The position numbers were made by a program, and so were the translations under genes. Below are positions 63,537-64,000 of a DNA stretch of 64,000 nucleotides, one piece after another. The notes below the pieces were generated by a model that made no database searches, was not told the origin of the DNA, and saw only the letters and a program-made list of their open reading frames with translations. Source of the stretch: Octopus sinensis (lineage: Eukaryota); contig NC_043000.1 in NCBI RefSeq assembly GCF_006345805.1, forward strand, positions 127,348,001 to 127,412,000, in the 5' to 3' direction. The first letter of the stretch is position 1. Each line of letters opens with the position of its first letter.

Positions 63537-63569
63537 TATCGACCGGTTTCACAATCGCTATTCATGATA
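63537..63569 (-). ncRNA. Decayed hammerhead remnant
   Basis: TATC-ATGA-ATAGCGATTGT-GAAA-CCGG-TC-GATA. Palindromic stem III ACCGGT, GUC triplet, stem I TATC/GATA; the CTG of the core is missing. Confidence 0.4.
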
Positions 63570-63778
63570 TAATGTTTAATTTATATGAATATATATTTTT
63601 TCTTAAGAAGAAATTTGGTCCATGTTGTTTGTAATGAAATTCATGAGTGAATGATTTTACAAGTTGACAAGTAAAGGGAGGTAATTGGTTGTTATTATTG
63701 TTATTGTTGTGTGTGTTCCACATCCCCGCGTTGTAGTGTTTACTCTGTGTTTTCATGTTTGGCTTAACTATATATATA

Positions 63779-63828
<50 letters not shown>

Positions 63829-64000
63829 GTATATATAGAAAGAGAAGGAGTAAAAGAAAGGAATAAATAGAAAACTAATAATGGAGAAATAAAGAGCAAT
63901 ATGTGAATTAAAATAAAAGCTTAAAGGCTTGGAAATAGATATATCTAGTGGAAGTGAAATGTAAGAAAAAAAATCAATGTTCAAATTAAACAGAATGGAA

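Overview
AT-rich, microsatellite-dense eukaryotic DNA. The SINE/LINE repertoire suggests a coleoid cephalopod (Octopus-like); this is inferred from repeat recognition, not a database search. The window lies inside a large minus-strand gene for a giant spectrin-repeat protein (nesprin-1/MSP-300-like). Three phase-0 exons (56387-56211, 23708-23568, 9652-9332) splice into one 213-aa frame across 32.5-kb and 13.9-kb introns. The introns hold three tRNA-derived SINE families, RTE 3' ends, Dong/R4- and HERO-like RLE retrotransposon fragments, a Penelope-like (PLE) GIY-YIG fragment, a full-length DD36E Tc1-like element, maT and mariner relics, piggyBac MITEs and Helitron/Helentron-type elements. Main observations: (1) at least eight minimal type I hammerhead ribozyme motifs from several unrelated short PLE-type families, three with intact catalytic cores; (2) near-perfect fold-back insertions, including a 262-bp palindrome near an exon; (3) recurring clusters in which SINE (TTA)n tracts, Dong/R4 elements and an unclassified 557-bp non-coding element pile up with fixed polarity. 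Almost all other ORFs in the track are microsatellite or SINE artefacts. Transposon boundaries are read by eye and approximate unless TSDs or TIRs are given.
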